The position numbers were made by a program, and so were the translations under genes. The notes below the pieces were generated by a model. It was given only the letters and a program-made list of their open reading frames with translations. It ran no database searches and had not been told where the DNA came from. Below are positions 52,280 to 64,000 of a DNA stretch of 64,000 nt, in pieces; position 1 is the first letter of the stretch, and each line of letters opens with the position of its first letter. This stretch comes from Lepidodermella squamata. Its lineage: Eukaryota > Animalia > Gastrotricha. The stretch is taken from NCBI GenBank assembly GCA_047495785.1, contig JBLDXI010000001.1, positions 4,774,001 to 4,838,000 of the forward strand, given 5' to 3'.

Positions 52280-52507
52280 CTATTTAGATTTGCTGCAAAC
52301 CCGAAGTTCCTCATAGATCACAGGCCAGAGATCATATTTTTCTAAACACTGCTTGAAGCAACAAAAACAGATTTCGCAACTCATCTGACGTCGGCGCTCG
52401 GCGCTCCCTTCTGCGCCGGCTGGATGTAAGACTACTGCTGTAGCAAATCTGACATCTAGCTCATCACTATCAGCGTGTGGTTGGTGGTTGCATTTTTTTC
52501 CAGCCAT
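52280..52507 (-). CDS. Possible small Cys-rich protein or uORF, 75 aa
   Basis: aaaATGG start context and CEICFCCFKQC motif; no recognisable family. Confidence 0.25.
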   Translation of the reverse strand: MAGKKCNHQPHADSDELDVRFATAVVLHPAGAEGSAERRRQMSCEICFCCFKQCLEKYDLWPVIYEELRVCSKSK

Positions 52508-52620
52508 TTTGATGTTGTTTTGAGTTATGAGAAGTCTGAGTTACCGAAGTTTCCCTATTTTGTAGGGATTATCAATAGCGTTTTTCTATCTTGCTCACTG
52601 CCGATCATGTAGTTTCTGCC

Positions 52621-53690
52621 ATGCGAAAGATTTGTTTATTCGTGGCTAGACGGCGGATCTACTTGCTTATTGGAGCAGTTTTCACGGTGCTATTTCTACT
52701 CGATCTACTTCCATTCAGAAATTCGTTTTTCTACTCAACCCCGTCGGAAATCACCGATTTAGTCATTGTCATTCCATCCGCACCTGCAGAACGTGAACTT
52801 CGAGATCTCATACGTGGAACATGGCTTCGTCACAAATATTCACGGCCGTCTTCAATCAACAGATTTTACGATACGGGCGATGAGGTATCGCGTCAGAATA
52901 AACGATTAGTGAAACACTACTTTGTAATCGGAACGAAAAACCTAAACGAAGGCCTGTTCGATTACTTGGAAACCGAGTCTCAAATGTATAACGATGTGAT
53001 CCTATTTGGCGATCTGATCGATTCTTATCATAATATCAGCATCAAAATGCTTCGAGCTTATCAAGTCATCGAGAAAAAAGTGCCGAATTTCAGATTTTTA
53101 CTAAAAACTGATACGGATGCATTTGTTAATTTGCCTGGGCTTTTAACGCGCCTTGAAGAGGAAGATGTGAATTCGCATGCAATGACTCATCTTGGATTTT
53201 TCATTGGAACTGGGCCAGTGTTTCGAAAAGGCAAATGGTCTGAATTCGCATGGAATAGCTGTCAACACTACACACCATATGCAGCTGGCGGCGGTTTTGT
53301 TCTATCTCGAGAAACAGTTCGGTGAGTAATTACCGAAAATTCGGAAATCGTGCCAACTGTTTTATTTTCAGGTACATTGCTGAAAATGCAGGAAAATTGC
53401 GGCTTTTCGTTAACGAAGACGTGAATGTAGGTTTCTGGCTAGCCCCGCTCAACGTTTTGCGCATCCACGACCGGCGGTTCAACACCGAGTACAAAACGCG
53501 CGGCTGCTACAACGCGTATCTTATCGCGCATCCGTACAAGCCGGAGGACATCCGTTCGATGTACAAGCTTTTCGTGGAAAGCGACGGCCATCGCATCTGC
53601 GAGCGCGAGTTCATTGTGCGCAAGTCTTACGAGTACAACTGGCAGGTCGAGCCGGCAAAGTGCTGCGCGAGGACGCTGGAGGAGCTGTAA
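52621..53690 (+). CDS. B3GALT6: Beta-1,3-galactosyltransferase 6 (GT31); 2 exons (52621-53321, 53372-53690)
   Basis: Type II TM; IPSAP..R..IRGTW, LLKTDTDAFV, GKWSE..W..C..Y.PYA.GGG, EDV.VG.WLAP, HD.RF.TEYKTRGC, SY.YNW. Confidence 0.92.
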
Positions 53691-54590
53691 TGAGGCGCAA
53701 ACCAATCCTTGGTCGGGTCGTATTTTATATTTTGTAAGTGATAGATGCATCCACCTTAGCATTGTCTTTCGTTTTACTACGCAATAAATAGTCATCGTTG
53801 TTTCTGTTTCGTGTTTTCCTGAGTTTCGGAATGCGTAAAAGCTTTTTGCTTGTTTTTAGGCTTGGCAGCGAGGCTTGCTTTAATTTTCATGGCCAACTCG
53901 CTTGCAGTTGAAATATTCACGGAATCTTATGTTGAGATAAATGACAAGACTGAAACGGCAACATTGGGGATATAATTTCGGAGATCTGAATTAAGGGCAG
54001 AAATTTCGGTCAAATTATGATCAGATGGCGCATCATTTTTTCGGAAAAGTAAAAAAAAACACATCGTCGCAGTCGCATATTTTGCGGTCGAAATTTTTTG
54101 ATTTTCAACTGAACTTTTGACGAATACCTCGCAATATCCAATCTGAGGAGTTTGATTTTGATTTCTGGGAGGCCAATGCTATGGGGATGCTCCTGTAACC
54201 TTTTTCCCATTAGACCCAAATCAACATTCGAAGTTGCAGTGCTTATAATATTTCTCAGAAATCATCCTGGGCCATTCGATGGCGCAATAAGCGGCGAATT
54301 CCACGCCACAAACCCTGTGTTATTATCATTCGGCGTCTCACAGCTTGGTAAAATAAAAAATTACCCGCGCTTCGGTATTTTCCGCATTTCAATCAATAAA
54401 CGGTTATTTTATCCCTAAAATTGGTTTTTGCTTGACGACTTTGCAAGGCTATTGATTGTATTAAATTTCATCCACCTTTCATTTTCCTCATTTTTTGTCA
54501 TTATCTCGCCGCTTAAGAAGAATTATCCTTCTACAAATTAACCGTCATCAAATTTTGAATTTATATTTAGAAATTTAATGATCATCAAAC

Positions 54591-55397
54591 ATGGCAAGTG
54601 AAAGTCCTCGAAATCAACCGTCAGACGCCGCCGTGAGTGAAATTCTTCGATCAGTTCAAAAGGACAGTTTGTATTCGAATCGCCTCACAAATGCCGTTCA
54701 ACGCCTCGTCCCGCCTCAAATTCAGGCGAAATTCGGCCTCGAAATTCGCGCATTGTGCCACGCTTTGTACCGCCTCGTCACGACTGGCAACGGCCTTCAA
54801 ACGTTGGGCGAAGAATACGTCGGTCTTATCGAAGTCGATCGGTCAAAAAAGTCGATCCCGAATCGATTTGCTAGAATAGCTTTCAGTATAATCTCAGTCT
54901 TGCCAAATTATTTAACAAGTCGTTGTGAAAATGAATTTGTATCAGATTTAATCGGTCTAGTCGAATCACTTTTCCTCGCTAGTTTTTACCTCTTCGGCCG
55001 ATTTTTCTCCATCGCTCAATTTGTGACGCAAATTCGATACGTATCGATTTTACCTCGTTATGTGTCTGATCAATCGATTTTGAAATTTTATCGATTTCTC
55101 GGCCTGTTGAGCGCATTTCAAGCAACTTTGATCGGCATCCGATTGTTGCTGAAAATTCGTAGAAAAATGCGTGAAAAATCGGCTGATTTGCCCGTTATCG
55201 ATTTAGCGAGTGATTTCTCGTACAAGTCCAAGCATATCTGTGCGCTGTGCCGTGACGAGGCCGAAAACCCCAGCGTGACGCTGTGTGGCCACTTGTTTTG
55301 CTGGACCTGCGTGCAGCACTGGCTGGCTGTCTACTCGCCTTCGTGCCCCATGTGCAAGTCTTCCCCTGTTCGCGTCGTCTTTCTTCACAATTTATAG
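54591..55397 (+). CDS. PEX10: Peroxisome biogenesis factor 10 (RING E3 ligase), intronless
   Basis: EILRSVQKD, GLQTLGEEY, C-terminal RING CALC..PSVTLCGHLFCWTC..W..CPMC. Confidence 0.92.
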   Translation: MASESPRNQPSDAAVSEILRSVQKDSLYSNRLTNAVQRLVPPQIQAKFGLEIRALCHALYRLVTTGNGLQTLGEEYVGLIEVDRSKKSIPNRFARIAFSIISVLPNYLTSRCENEFVSDLIGLVESLFLASFYLFGRFFSIAQFVTQIRYVSILPRYVSDQSILKFYRFLGLLSAFQATLIGIRLLLKIRRKMREKSADLPVIDLASDFSYKSKHICALCRDEAENPSVTLCGHLFCWTCVQHWLAVYSPSCPMCKSSPVRVVFLHNL

Positions 55398-55652
55398 TCT
55401 TACCCGATAATTCAACTATTTATTCGCTATTTTTCTGAGATTGAGGCGCGACAAATTTTCCGAATAGTTCTAATCGAGTTGACTTGAAAAGGCTCATTAT
55501 GCTAGAAAGTTTTGAATTTATCATCGATTGAACGGATTTTGAATTTTTCGCGCCTAAAATCTCATTTTTGAATGTTTTGAAAATAAACGTAGAAATCAGC
55601 ATTAAAATTGAGTGAATTTTTTTCAATTTGCGAATTTAGGAGTTTGTTTTAC

Positions 55653-58600
55653 ATGACTCAAAACGGAGTGAATGGAACTGAGAAGCATGGTGAGGAGAAA
55701 ACTTGGCTGCCTTCAAATGAAGAGCTGGTGGCTGTTTTGATCAAAGAGTGGGTCAGCTATTTTAAACGACATTAGACCCATTAGAGCCCAATAACGGCGT
55801 CTTTTCCTGCCTCCCTATATTTAAAAAAATCCTGTAGGGTGACTACAACCCCAGGGTGTCCAAAAGGCCTATCTCCGCGCTGGGAAATCGTATAAATTCG
55901 GGGAAAACAGATGAATGACCAGTGTCTCGTAGGCTTGGTGATGAGCTAGGAGCCGTTTTTTGGGACTGTCACCAAACTGAACTAAAGTGTCACCAAAATC
56001 GATTTTGCACGAAGTATCACCCATGACCCAACTGAATGCATTTATAGATAGATCCCATCACGCCGATGAACTTTTTCTTTGAGAGCGGCTTCCTAGCTAT
56101 CACCGTTCTTGAGATAATCGTCCAGGTGTGACAAAAGGTAAAAGGTCGCGTGACAACTTGACACTTGAATATCTCAACAACGGTAGATGATAAAAATATG
56201 CGGTTTTCAGATTCTTAACCCCCATCTCCATCGGAAAAGCACGTGTCAATAGGGAAAGAAAAATAAAAATATTTTCCGAAAACATTTTGGGCTTTAATGG
56301 ATAGAAAATGCCAAAATATTTGGAAAAATCTTTGAATGACAGATTTCGAATTTTTTGGGAATTTCGCGGATTATTTGCAAATTTTTTCGCGATTTCTAGA
56401 ACAATAATTGTGAAAAATAATCTGCGTTTTTTATCAGATATGGAATCGAACCCAAAGAGCTGAAATTGCTGAACGGCTACGATGACCTGAATTTTCAAGT
56501 GAAGACGGATACTCCGGGCGATGATTACTTGATAAAGCTATACAGAGAAAGCTATTCAATGAATACGAGGGAAATGGACGGAGAGAATGAAATGCTTCAC
56601 TTTTTGAGGAGTCGCGATTTTCCGGTTCCAGAAGTTATTCCAACGAAAAGTGGAACACGCTATTTTATTTTAGGTAATTTATCGGCTTAATTAATGGAAA
56701 AAATGAATTGAATCCCAATCAAATTTTCAAAATGATTTTTTATATTATTTTCATGACCTGACTTTTCCGAGTGAGTTTCCACAATAATTTCAGTTCTGAG
56801 AGATGCGGATGGAAAAGCAGTTACTCAACGAATTTTTCGGCTTCAACGATTTTTTCACGGCAAAATGTTGATCCAAGTCGGCGTGATGCCGCAAATCTGC
56901 GGCAAATTGGGCGCCCTTGCCGGTCGAATGAGCGTTGCGCTGGGCGAAGCCGACCTCCCAGCGCTGCTTCCAGCCATCGAAAAAGCCGGGCCCGAGTGGG
57001 ACTTGGCGCATTTGGAGGAGTTGCGGTCACGCTTGGATTATATCGCAGATCCGTATCGGAAATCGCTGGCGACACGGGCGGTTGATTTTGCGCAATCGAA
57101 GATCAACTCGAATCTCGAACAACTTCCATCACGTAAGCTTATCGCTTGAATTTTTTCCTTTTTTTGAAAATTCGGAATCCGGTCTCGCAAAAAATTCGTC
57201 GTTATTTTTCGCACTTGAAAGGAGTTGCAATTATTCGGATAATGGATGAAAATTTCACTAAAAATATTCTACACGTGACACTAGGTCCGCAAGTCGAAAG
57301 GCTCGCAGTGCAACCATGTGCATTATGTGAACACTTGAGCGGACGCGTTGCTAAGAAGAAAAAAACCAAGGAAAAATGAAAAAATCGAGCACATGTATTT
57401 ATTCTCTCAAAAATGCTTGTCATTCGAAAAAATAAAATCGCTATTGGATCGGTCATTTTCTAGATTTTCAAAGCGAGATGCAGTTAACCCGTCACGCATA
57501 AATAACGAATATCACAAGTAAAACTATAACGAGAAACTTAGTCTAACAGTTATTAGGCACATTTTCAGCCATAAACATTTCAAAACAATATCGAATTATT
57601 GCCAAGAATGCTACCTTTCAAGCAAGAACTTCGACGAGGAAATGATATCAGTTATATCTCCTCTCCGAGACGGCTGTCAAAATCACCAAGGAGCAGCACG
57701 GAGTCGTGGTTGCCACTTAATTCTCGCATCTTATCGTTGAATTCTTCCCAGCCGGTGGATTTTTCATGGCGATACAGCCACCCACAAAGAACTTTGCCTC
57801 TAACTGATGTAATCGATGACGCCAATGCATACGCTGTGTCCCATACGACCCGACATCTTTCTGCGAGATTCTTCTTTACGTATACCACTTTGCCGCCGGA
57901 TAGCCTACCCCGGCCCACATGCTTTCCGGAAGATGCAACATTTTCGTAACCTTCAATATCTGGTAGCGCAGCCTTATACTTCCAGGTTTCCATGAAGCCA
58001 CACATGCTGCTGTCCTTCACCATTTTAGTCATTACTCCCAACTTCTCAGTGCAGTACCCTTGAATGTTGGCACTCCGCACTCGCCACCTTTCTTCTTCTT
58101 TGTATTTCCTCTCCCCCCGTCATGGTTGGGCGGACGTGGGCGGGAGTGACCATCAAAGACGGCCGCATCCCCATCACTGTCGACAACCTTCTTCGTAGCC
58201 GGATCATAACGCAGTTGCGCAATGCCTTGGTCGTTGACTACTCGCATCCTCATGCTCCGAATTTGGAAGTACTGACCTTCTTTCTTCTCCGGGTTACGCG
58301 TCCTTCCTTCATTCGCCAGTGCGTTCTCCGCTTCCATTAGATTCGCCGGTATGAAGCGGCGCATGGTGACGCCAGCCGGCAACTCTGCTTTCATGGCGTC
58401 GAACTTATCGTTGGTGACACCGCTGTAATAGGGACCAATAGGATTGGCCTCGCGCTACCCTCTTTCTTGTAGCCGAGCCGCCGGGCGAGGAAAAACGCCC
58501 TTTAGACGCGGCAACACGGTTTTCACAGCTGCGACTAGCGATTCGCCTTCGCCTTCCTTGACACCATTAAGCACCACTGCCCCAGCGTAAATATCGTTTT

Positions 58601-61600
58601 CCACTTTGTTCTCGTTTTTCACAACTTGCGCTTTAAGCTGGAGTACCTGTTTCTGCAGTTGACCGACCACATCTTCGGGGTAATTCATCCAGCTCTTTCT
58701 TGTACTTCTCGATTTCGAGCTTACTCGTCTCCAGTTGCCGTTGAAGGTCAGCGATCATCCCTTCGACACGTTGGGCGGACTCGCTGGCCGCCGTAGCAGC
58801 TACTTGCTGTAGGTCGCTCGACATTGCGAGCAGCCTTTCTTCGGTGACACCACCGCCGATTTTCATAATGCTTCCACCTTACACATTCGTTTGTCGAGCA
58901 GGTCGCATCTGTTACCGCCGATGTCCTTGTTCGACGTGAATCTAGCGTATGGCTTAGCGAGTTCGTTAACATATTCGTCGTTAAAATCGATTCTTATCAC
59001 GCCTGCCGCCATTGCCGCTCCGTTGCGCAATCAATTTCAATAAAAGCTCTATCAAAAAAGGCAGGAAACCAAACACATCTCCCACCTTAGACACTGCGGC
59101 GAATGTGCGTCGCAATGTTTTCAAATCTTCGAGGGAGGGACTCCAGGGGAACGAAGCTTACATGGTGGCGACGGTGGCCTCTCGAAGGCCGATATTTGCT
59201 TGAGCTAGCGCCTCGAGCGCGTTCGCGACTTCAGTTTGCAGCGTGCCGAGCGCAGCTGCGACTAAACGGCTCCAGGAGCGGGAGGTGGAATCGCGACCGG
59301 GGGGAGGGCGCCTGGAGCGCCGCCGGCCGCCCTTGGGACGGCTCTGGCCGCTTGAATTATTGCGTCCCGAACTTCCGGGGAAATTGCGGCTAGTCGTAGA
59401 GACATACACAGGTGGGCAAAAAGATTAATACAGTACTTGCAATCATATTTGGGTGGCATAATTATCGGTGACATTCCCGTGTCGGTAAATGACACGAAGT
59501 TAGAACTCAGTTTTTTACGCTCTATCTGGTGATATACGACTCGAGTATGCCCAGCTCTTTCATTGGTCAAAAATTTGACAACTGACTTCTGTCAAGTTCC
59601 CTGTTTAGCCCTATTTTAGTAGTTTCATGAGGCGCTGGTCACCAGCTGAACATTTTCTCATGTCAAAATCACCTGCAAATGCAAGGAGGGTATGAACCCT
59701 ACACTTCTAGTTATTTTTAGGCACCTGCAACGGTTGTAACTCACTGAGGAGCGGTATTTTATGCAATTAAAGGGTGAGGCTTTATGGTACCCCTTAAGGG
59801 ACGAGAAGGGATGTTTTGGGGGAAAATGAGTCCCCAAAATCATAGGAAACTACTTGTCCGTGACGGTTAAGCATACTGCTAGAGATTTTTTGCAGTTACA
59901 ATGAATTTACAATGATGGTGACGTCTGACCGATTCCAACAGCTCTGGATTGTAACCTAAACAATGATAATCGAAGCCAAATTTGCCGTTACACATAGCTG
60001 GCTTTTTATAGCCTTCACAAGAAATACAACGATAGTAAGAATTGTCTCGATAGACGCAACACTTGTGCCGAACGCCCATTTGGGCTTTTACAACGTGTCC
60101 GTTATGTGAACATTACCTATGTGAACTTCGAAGGACACAGAAAAAGCATCTCAGCTTTACCCTTTCAGGCTTCAAGAACTGTATGCTGTTAAATTAAAAT
60201 AAATCATTGAAAATTTTGCGCAAGAATGTTCGAAACCTTCCGGCAGGACAAAAACTTGTCGTAGAGAGGATTGCGTCCCAGGGTTATTGTTTCCTCTTCG
60301 TTCGAGTGGCGAGTGGAACGAGAAGGCGAACGAGAATGACGAGATGACGATCGATAGCGCGATTAATCGTTGAAAATCGTTGATTGATCACGCACTTTTC
60401 AGTCCAATTTTGGTACTCTTCGGCTCGATTAAGTTCATCGTCAAACCTGGGGAAGAAGCCCTCCAGGTCTAGTCTTTTGAATTCCCTAACGCTGATTTCA
60501 GCGAGGTGATTTCGGATGACGTGGCTCCTTAACCTTTTCGTAGTGTTGGTATGCCAGTTGTCCGTCTCACTTATAAATTGTGGTCCTTGGTGTCTTGTTT
60601 TGTGTAGCAGCGTAAGCTGTGGTGTGAGGGCTACTGCGCCTGGGTGTTTGACTAGGAGCCCGAAGGTGTTGTCCAGGAAGCAACCAGAAGAGGGGGTATT
60701 TTGATTATCTGACAGACGGGGAGCAGTGTTTCTCAGTGACTTACTTTGTTATGTCGTAGGTGCCGATGACAGGAAGGATGTGCTGATTTCTCTTCCGGAG
60801 TCCATCTAGACTGCCAAATTGCTGGGGGTTGATGTACGCCCTTTTCCGAGGCTACTCTCCAGTTTTCCGTTGGCATCCTCTGGATGCTGCGAAATCCACG
60901 CTTCATAAGCTGATACGGGCGCGGTGCGCGATTCGCCCAAACGACACATCTGAAGCGAATTTATTGTTTAAAATGAAATATACCAGAAAAATATAATTTA
61001 CCTTTATAGTTATTAGCTGTGGTGAGAATGTCTCTGTGAGGCTGGTCTCGTTATTGTTAAAAGGCAATTATTCGTATAGTATCACGTTTTATTTAAGTAT
61101 CAGGTTAAAATATAAAACAACCCATCATTAGTAATAAGGGTTATCAAGCTGTGATTAAAGATTGTAAGGTGGCGTAGATTGTAATGATAGAGAGGCGGCG
61201 TTCTGACCAGCATAGGCTAATTGCACTAATGTGATGAGGCGACGGCCCGGTTTATAAGGTCGATGAACAATCGGGTTAGCTCACACAGGTACGCCTGCGT
61301 TTCGGCGCGAATAGCTATTAGCACGCGATCACTATAAAATGAAGGACGGTTCGAGTTGCGCCTTACAGTCTCTCAACCGCACGCCTCGTTCAGGAGGCGG
61401 CGGTGGCTGATTAGCAACAACTACACACCGAGACAGCTCAGTTCTGGTTGAGAAATAACGTCCTATTGTGACAGGTCAGAGGTTTATATTGAAGCTTTGG
61501 CGAGCGGTTTCAGCTCTTAGCAAACTTGCGTTTTTACCTGGCACTATAGGTGGAACCTTTAAGAAAGGAGCTTCAGGACGTGAATGGGCAATCAGCTATC

Positions 61601-62753
61601 AAAGTAATTTGAATGAGGCCTGGAGCAACCCAGGTTTCCCCTGCTTGATGCTGGATAATAAGGCTGCAATTCTGAATCATGATTTAGTAAACACTTGGAT
61701 TTCTTGTAAAACTTGAATGCTTATCGCTTCAGAGTGTCGATGCTTTCTAGATCGTCGGGGTTCAATTATCTGCTGTAGGCGGAAGATAGCAGTGTCCATA
61801 GCCGACGTGGCAAGCTTGGTGATTACATTCTTAGGCGAGGTCGCAGCAGCAGCCGATATAACGCGTTATCCAGACTTGCAGCTGCAACACCACTGAGGTG
61901 ACTTCGTGGACGTATAACGGAGATAGCAGTTATATTTTTTTAGCATTGACATGACGATCTATCGATCGGGGACGTTGATGTTAAATACATCGTAATAGAA
62001 AAAAGTTTCAAAAATTCCAGGGTGTCAATGAGATTCGTCTGATTCGAATCTGAATTTCTGTTTTAGTAAAGATCGCAATTGAGTCGAAAAAGTTGATTTC
62101 GCTCGTTTTCTCGCAATCATGTCAAATGAATAAAGCAAAAAGTTATGAGTCCTCGCGAAACGTCGATTCGGGATTTCGAGTACTACGGTTTAAAGTGGAT
62201 TCCACCGACACGTTAATCCGACGTTTACATGATGAGGAACAACGGACAAATGGATGCTGTGGAAAAAGTCATTATCTCAGCCAAAGTTACTTCAATGAAC
62301 TCGCTCGCTTCTCGACGGGTTTATCCGTTCGAAATTCCCAGACGTTTTACAGAAGAAGGGAAGTTCATAGCTATAGCGATTTTGTGTAAATACTGTGTCC
62401 AGCTTCAGGTTAGCCCTTGGCCCCGAAATTTTGCTTCGGATAGAACGATACTATTTTTGAATTTCATGACAACTCCCTTATTTTGTGTTTTAGAGGCTAT
62501 CCATGGTGATATCAATGAGCAAAATGTTATTTGCACTGCGAGTGCAATCGAGGAAATCGATTCAACGCCTGAAATCGTTGGCCTGATCGATTTTGGCGAC
62601 GCTGTCATGTCGAAACGCGTCTTCGAACCCGGCATCGCCCTCATGTACATGACGTGTTTCGGCTCGAACGCGCTCGAGTGCGCACGGGCATTCATACGCG
62701 GCTTCTTGCAATCGAATACGCAATTTTCGACATTGGAGAAGTCGCTCATTTAC
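55653..62753 (+). CDS. HYKK: Hydroxylysine kinase (APH-like), 3'-incomplete; exons 55653-55747, 56438-56673, 56794-57132, 62494-62753
   Basis: YGI..L.GYDD.NF, FPVP, EWDL, IHGDINEQNV, GLIDFGD, FE.GIA.MY; 5.36-kb third intron; last exon(s) not found in the window. Confidence 0.85.
57650..58870 (-). mobile_element. LINE 5' fragment: frameshifted ORF1 plus N-terminal APE endonuclease
   Basis: Coiled-coil ORF1 pieces with VVLNGVKE; ORF2 SANIQG, FMETW, GG.VVYVK, LLLGDFDSR; no RT present. Confidence 0.8.
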
Positions 62754-64000
62754 GTGAGTCGATCAATGATAGAAATTCTTCAGTGATAAAATTTTAGATT
62801 TTTGCAATTGTTGGAGACTCTGAATTTTGTGCTATCAACCTCGATATTTAGAGTCTCATGAATTGTTAGGTCAGTTTTAACTTTTGCTATAATGCATTCT
62901 GAATTTTAGCCGTGTATTATTGGTCGATATGCCCAATCGCTGGTGATGGGCAATTATACGGCTGTGAAGCTGGAAGCTGAGGGCCGCTCGAGCGATTACG
63001 TCCTTTCGACGTCGAAACGCGGCTGGGCGCTGCTGAGCCAACTGATGGACTCACCTCTGGGCAACGAAATGGCTCGAATGATCGAAGCAATTGACCCTTG
63101 AAAGAATTTTTAAGCCTTCTGCAATGGAAACATTTTATTGTTGATGATTTTTTAACGACTTCTCTAGTCAATATCGTGGCTGAATCAGCAATTTAAAGGT
63201 GCTATTAACGAACTGCGAATAAAATTAATGATTCTGTGCAACGTAATTGGGTTTTGTTTGAATAATCTCGGGCTTAGCCATTCCAATCGCGAATCGATCG
63301 TGATGTTTTAAGCCTTTTCTCAGCGTTTCATGACGCCCGATCGGCTTCGCTCTCATAACATAACATAACAGCATAAATAACTCAGACATCCGACTCGCTA
63401 TGTCTTATTTTGCTTAACAAAATCTTTCAGCTTCACTTCTTGCAGATATGCAAAACTATCCCTTTAAGGTTATAATGACATCCGGCTTTAATGAACGCGA
63501 TGCATTAATAAGCCGTTCAATGGCAGCTATTAAGTTTCATCAAGTCTCAGGTTTTGAGCCACTAGAGTTTCCGCTGCAAGCCTTCTGGATGTCAAATAAC
63601 AAATTTTGATCTCTACTGCGTTGTGTCTTAACGTCTGAGCGTAGACTGTCCCCGAATCGTGCTGTTTATTCGCATTGGGCTTACTTGGGCTTGCATTTTT
63701 TTGTCGCAATTTTGTCTCATTTCCCGACAGCGATATGCGTGGGTAAAGCTGAGTACATCGTAATAATGGCCGAAAATATAACAACTATATGTATAAAATA
63801 AAACAACGCGCGGTTTTAATACATGTTTGAAGGATGAATTTTTACGACTGTTTGGAAGCCATAGTTTAACGCGATCTAGATGACAATAAATTGAGTTAAG
63901 AGTTTAGAGATCAGGTCAAGTTCATTTTAGAATTCCTTCTAACTGCTAACCTTCTAAGAGTTTCATGAATGAATCTCAAACTATTTGCGGACGACAACTT

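Noticed and set aside
1-64000. tRNA, rRNA or SL-RNA genes
   Set aside because: None recognisable by eye; tRNAscan-SE/Infernal would be needed

Overview
Gene-dense genomic DNA from an invertebrate animal; the species cannot be identified from the sequence. It has GT-AG introns in two size classes (about 45-60 nt and 0.6-5 kb) and a motile-cilia gene. Gene models spliced by hand, left to right: a secreted 4-Cys peptide precursor (+); one gene with two tandem i-type lysozyme domains (-); a 7-exon Met-like receptor tyrosine kinase with a LamG/SEA/LamG/pseudo-trypsin ectodomain (-); a fungal-like CE4 polysaccharide deacetylase (+); NCBP1 (-); EXOG (-); SPATA18/MIEAP (+); a TEX45/SAXO5-like gene (+); two tandem fucokinase paralogs (-); B3GALT6, PEX10 and a 3'-incomplete HYKK (+). 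Main observations: (1) the long introns are patchworks of short fragments from unrelated transposon superfamilies, and every fragment I could tentatively assign is antisense to its host gene; (2) EXOG ends only 78 nt before the NCBP1 ATG, with an unpaired splice acceptor between them, which suggests an operon resolved by SL trans-splicing; (3) the fucokinase paralogs show extensive intron turnover, including introns offset by 1, 2 and 6 nt; (4) the left end holds an unusual putative defence cluster. All family assignments come from motifs recognised by eye; no database searches were run.
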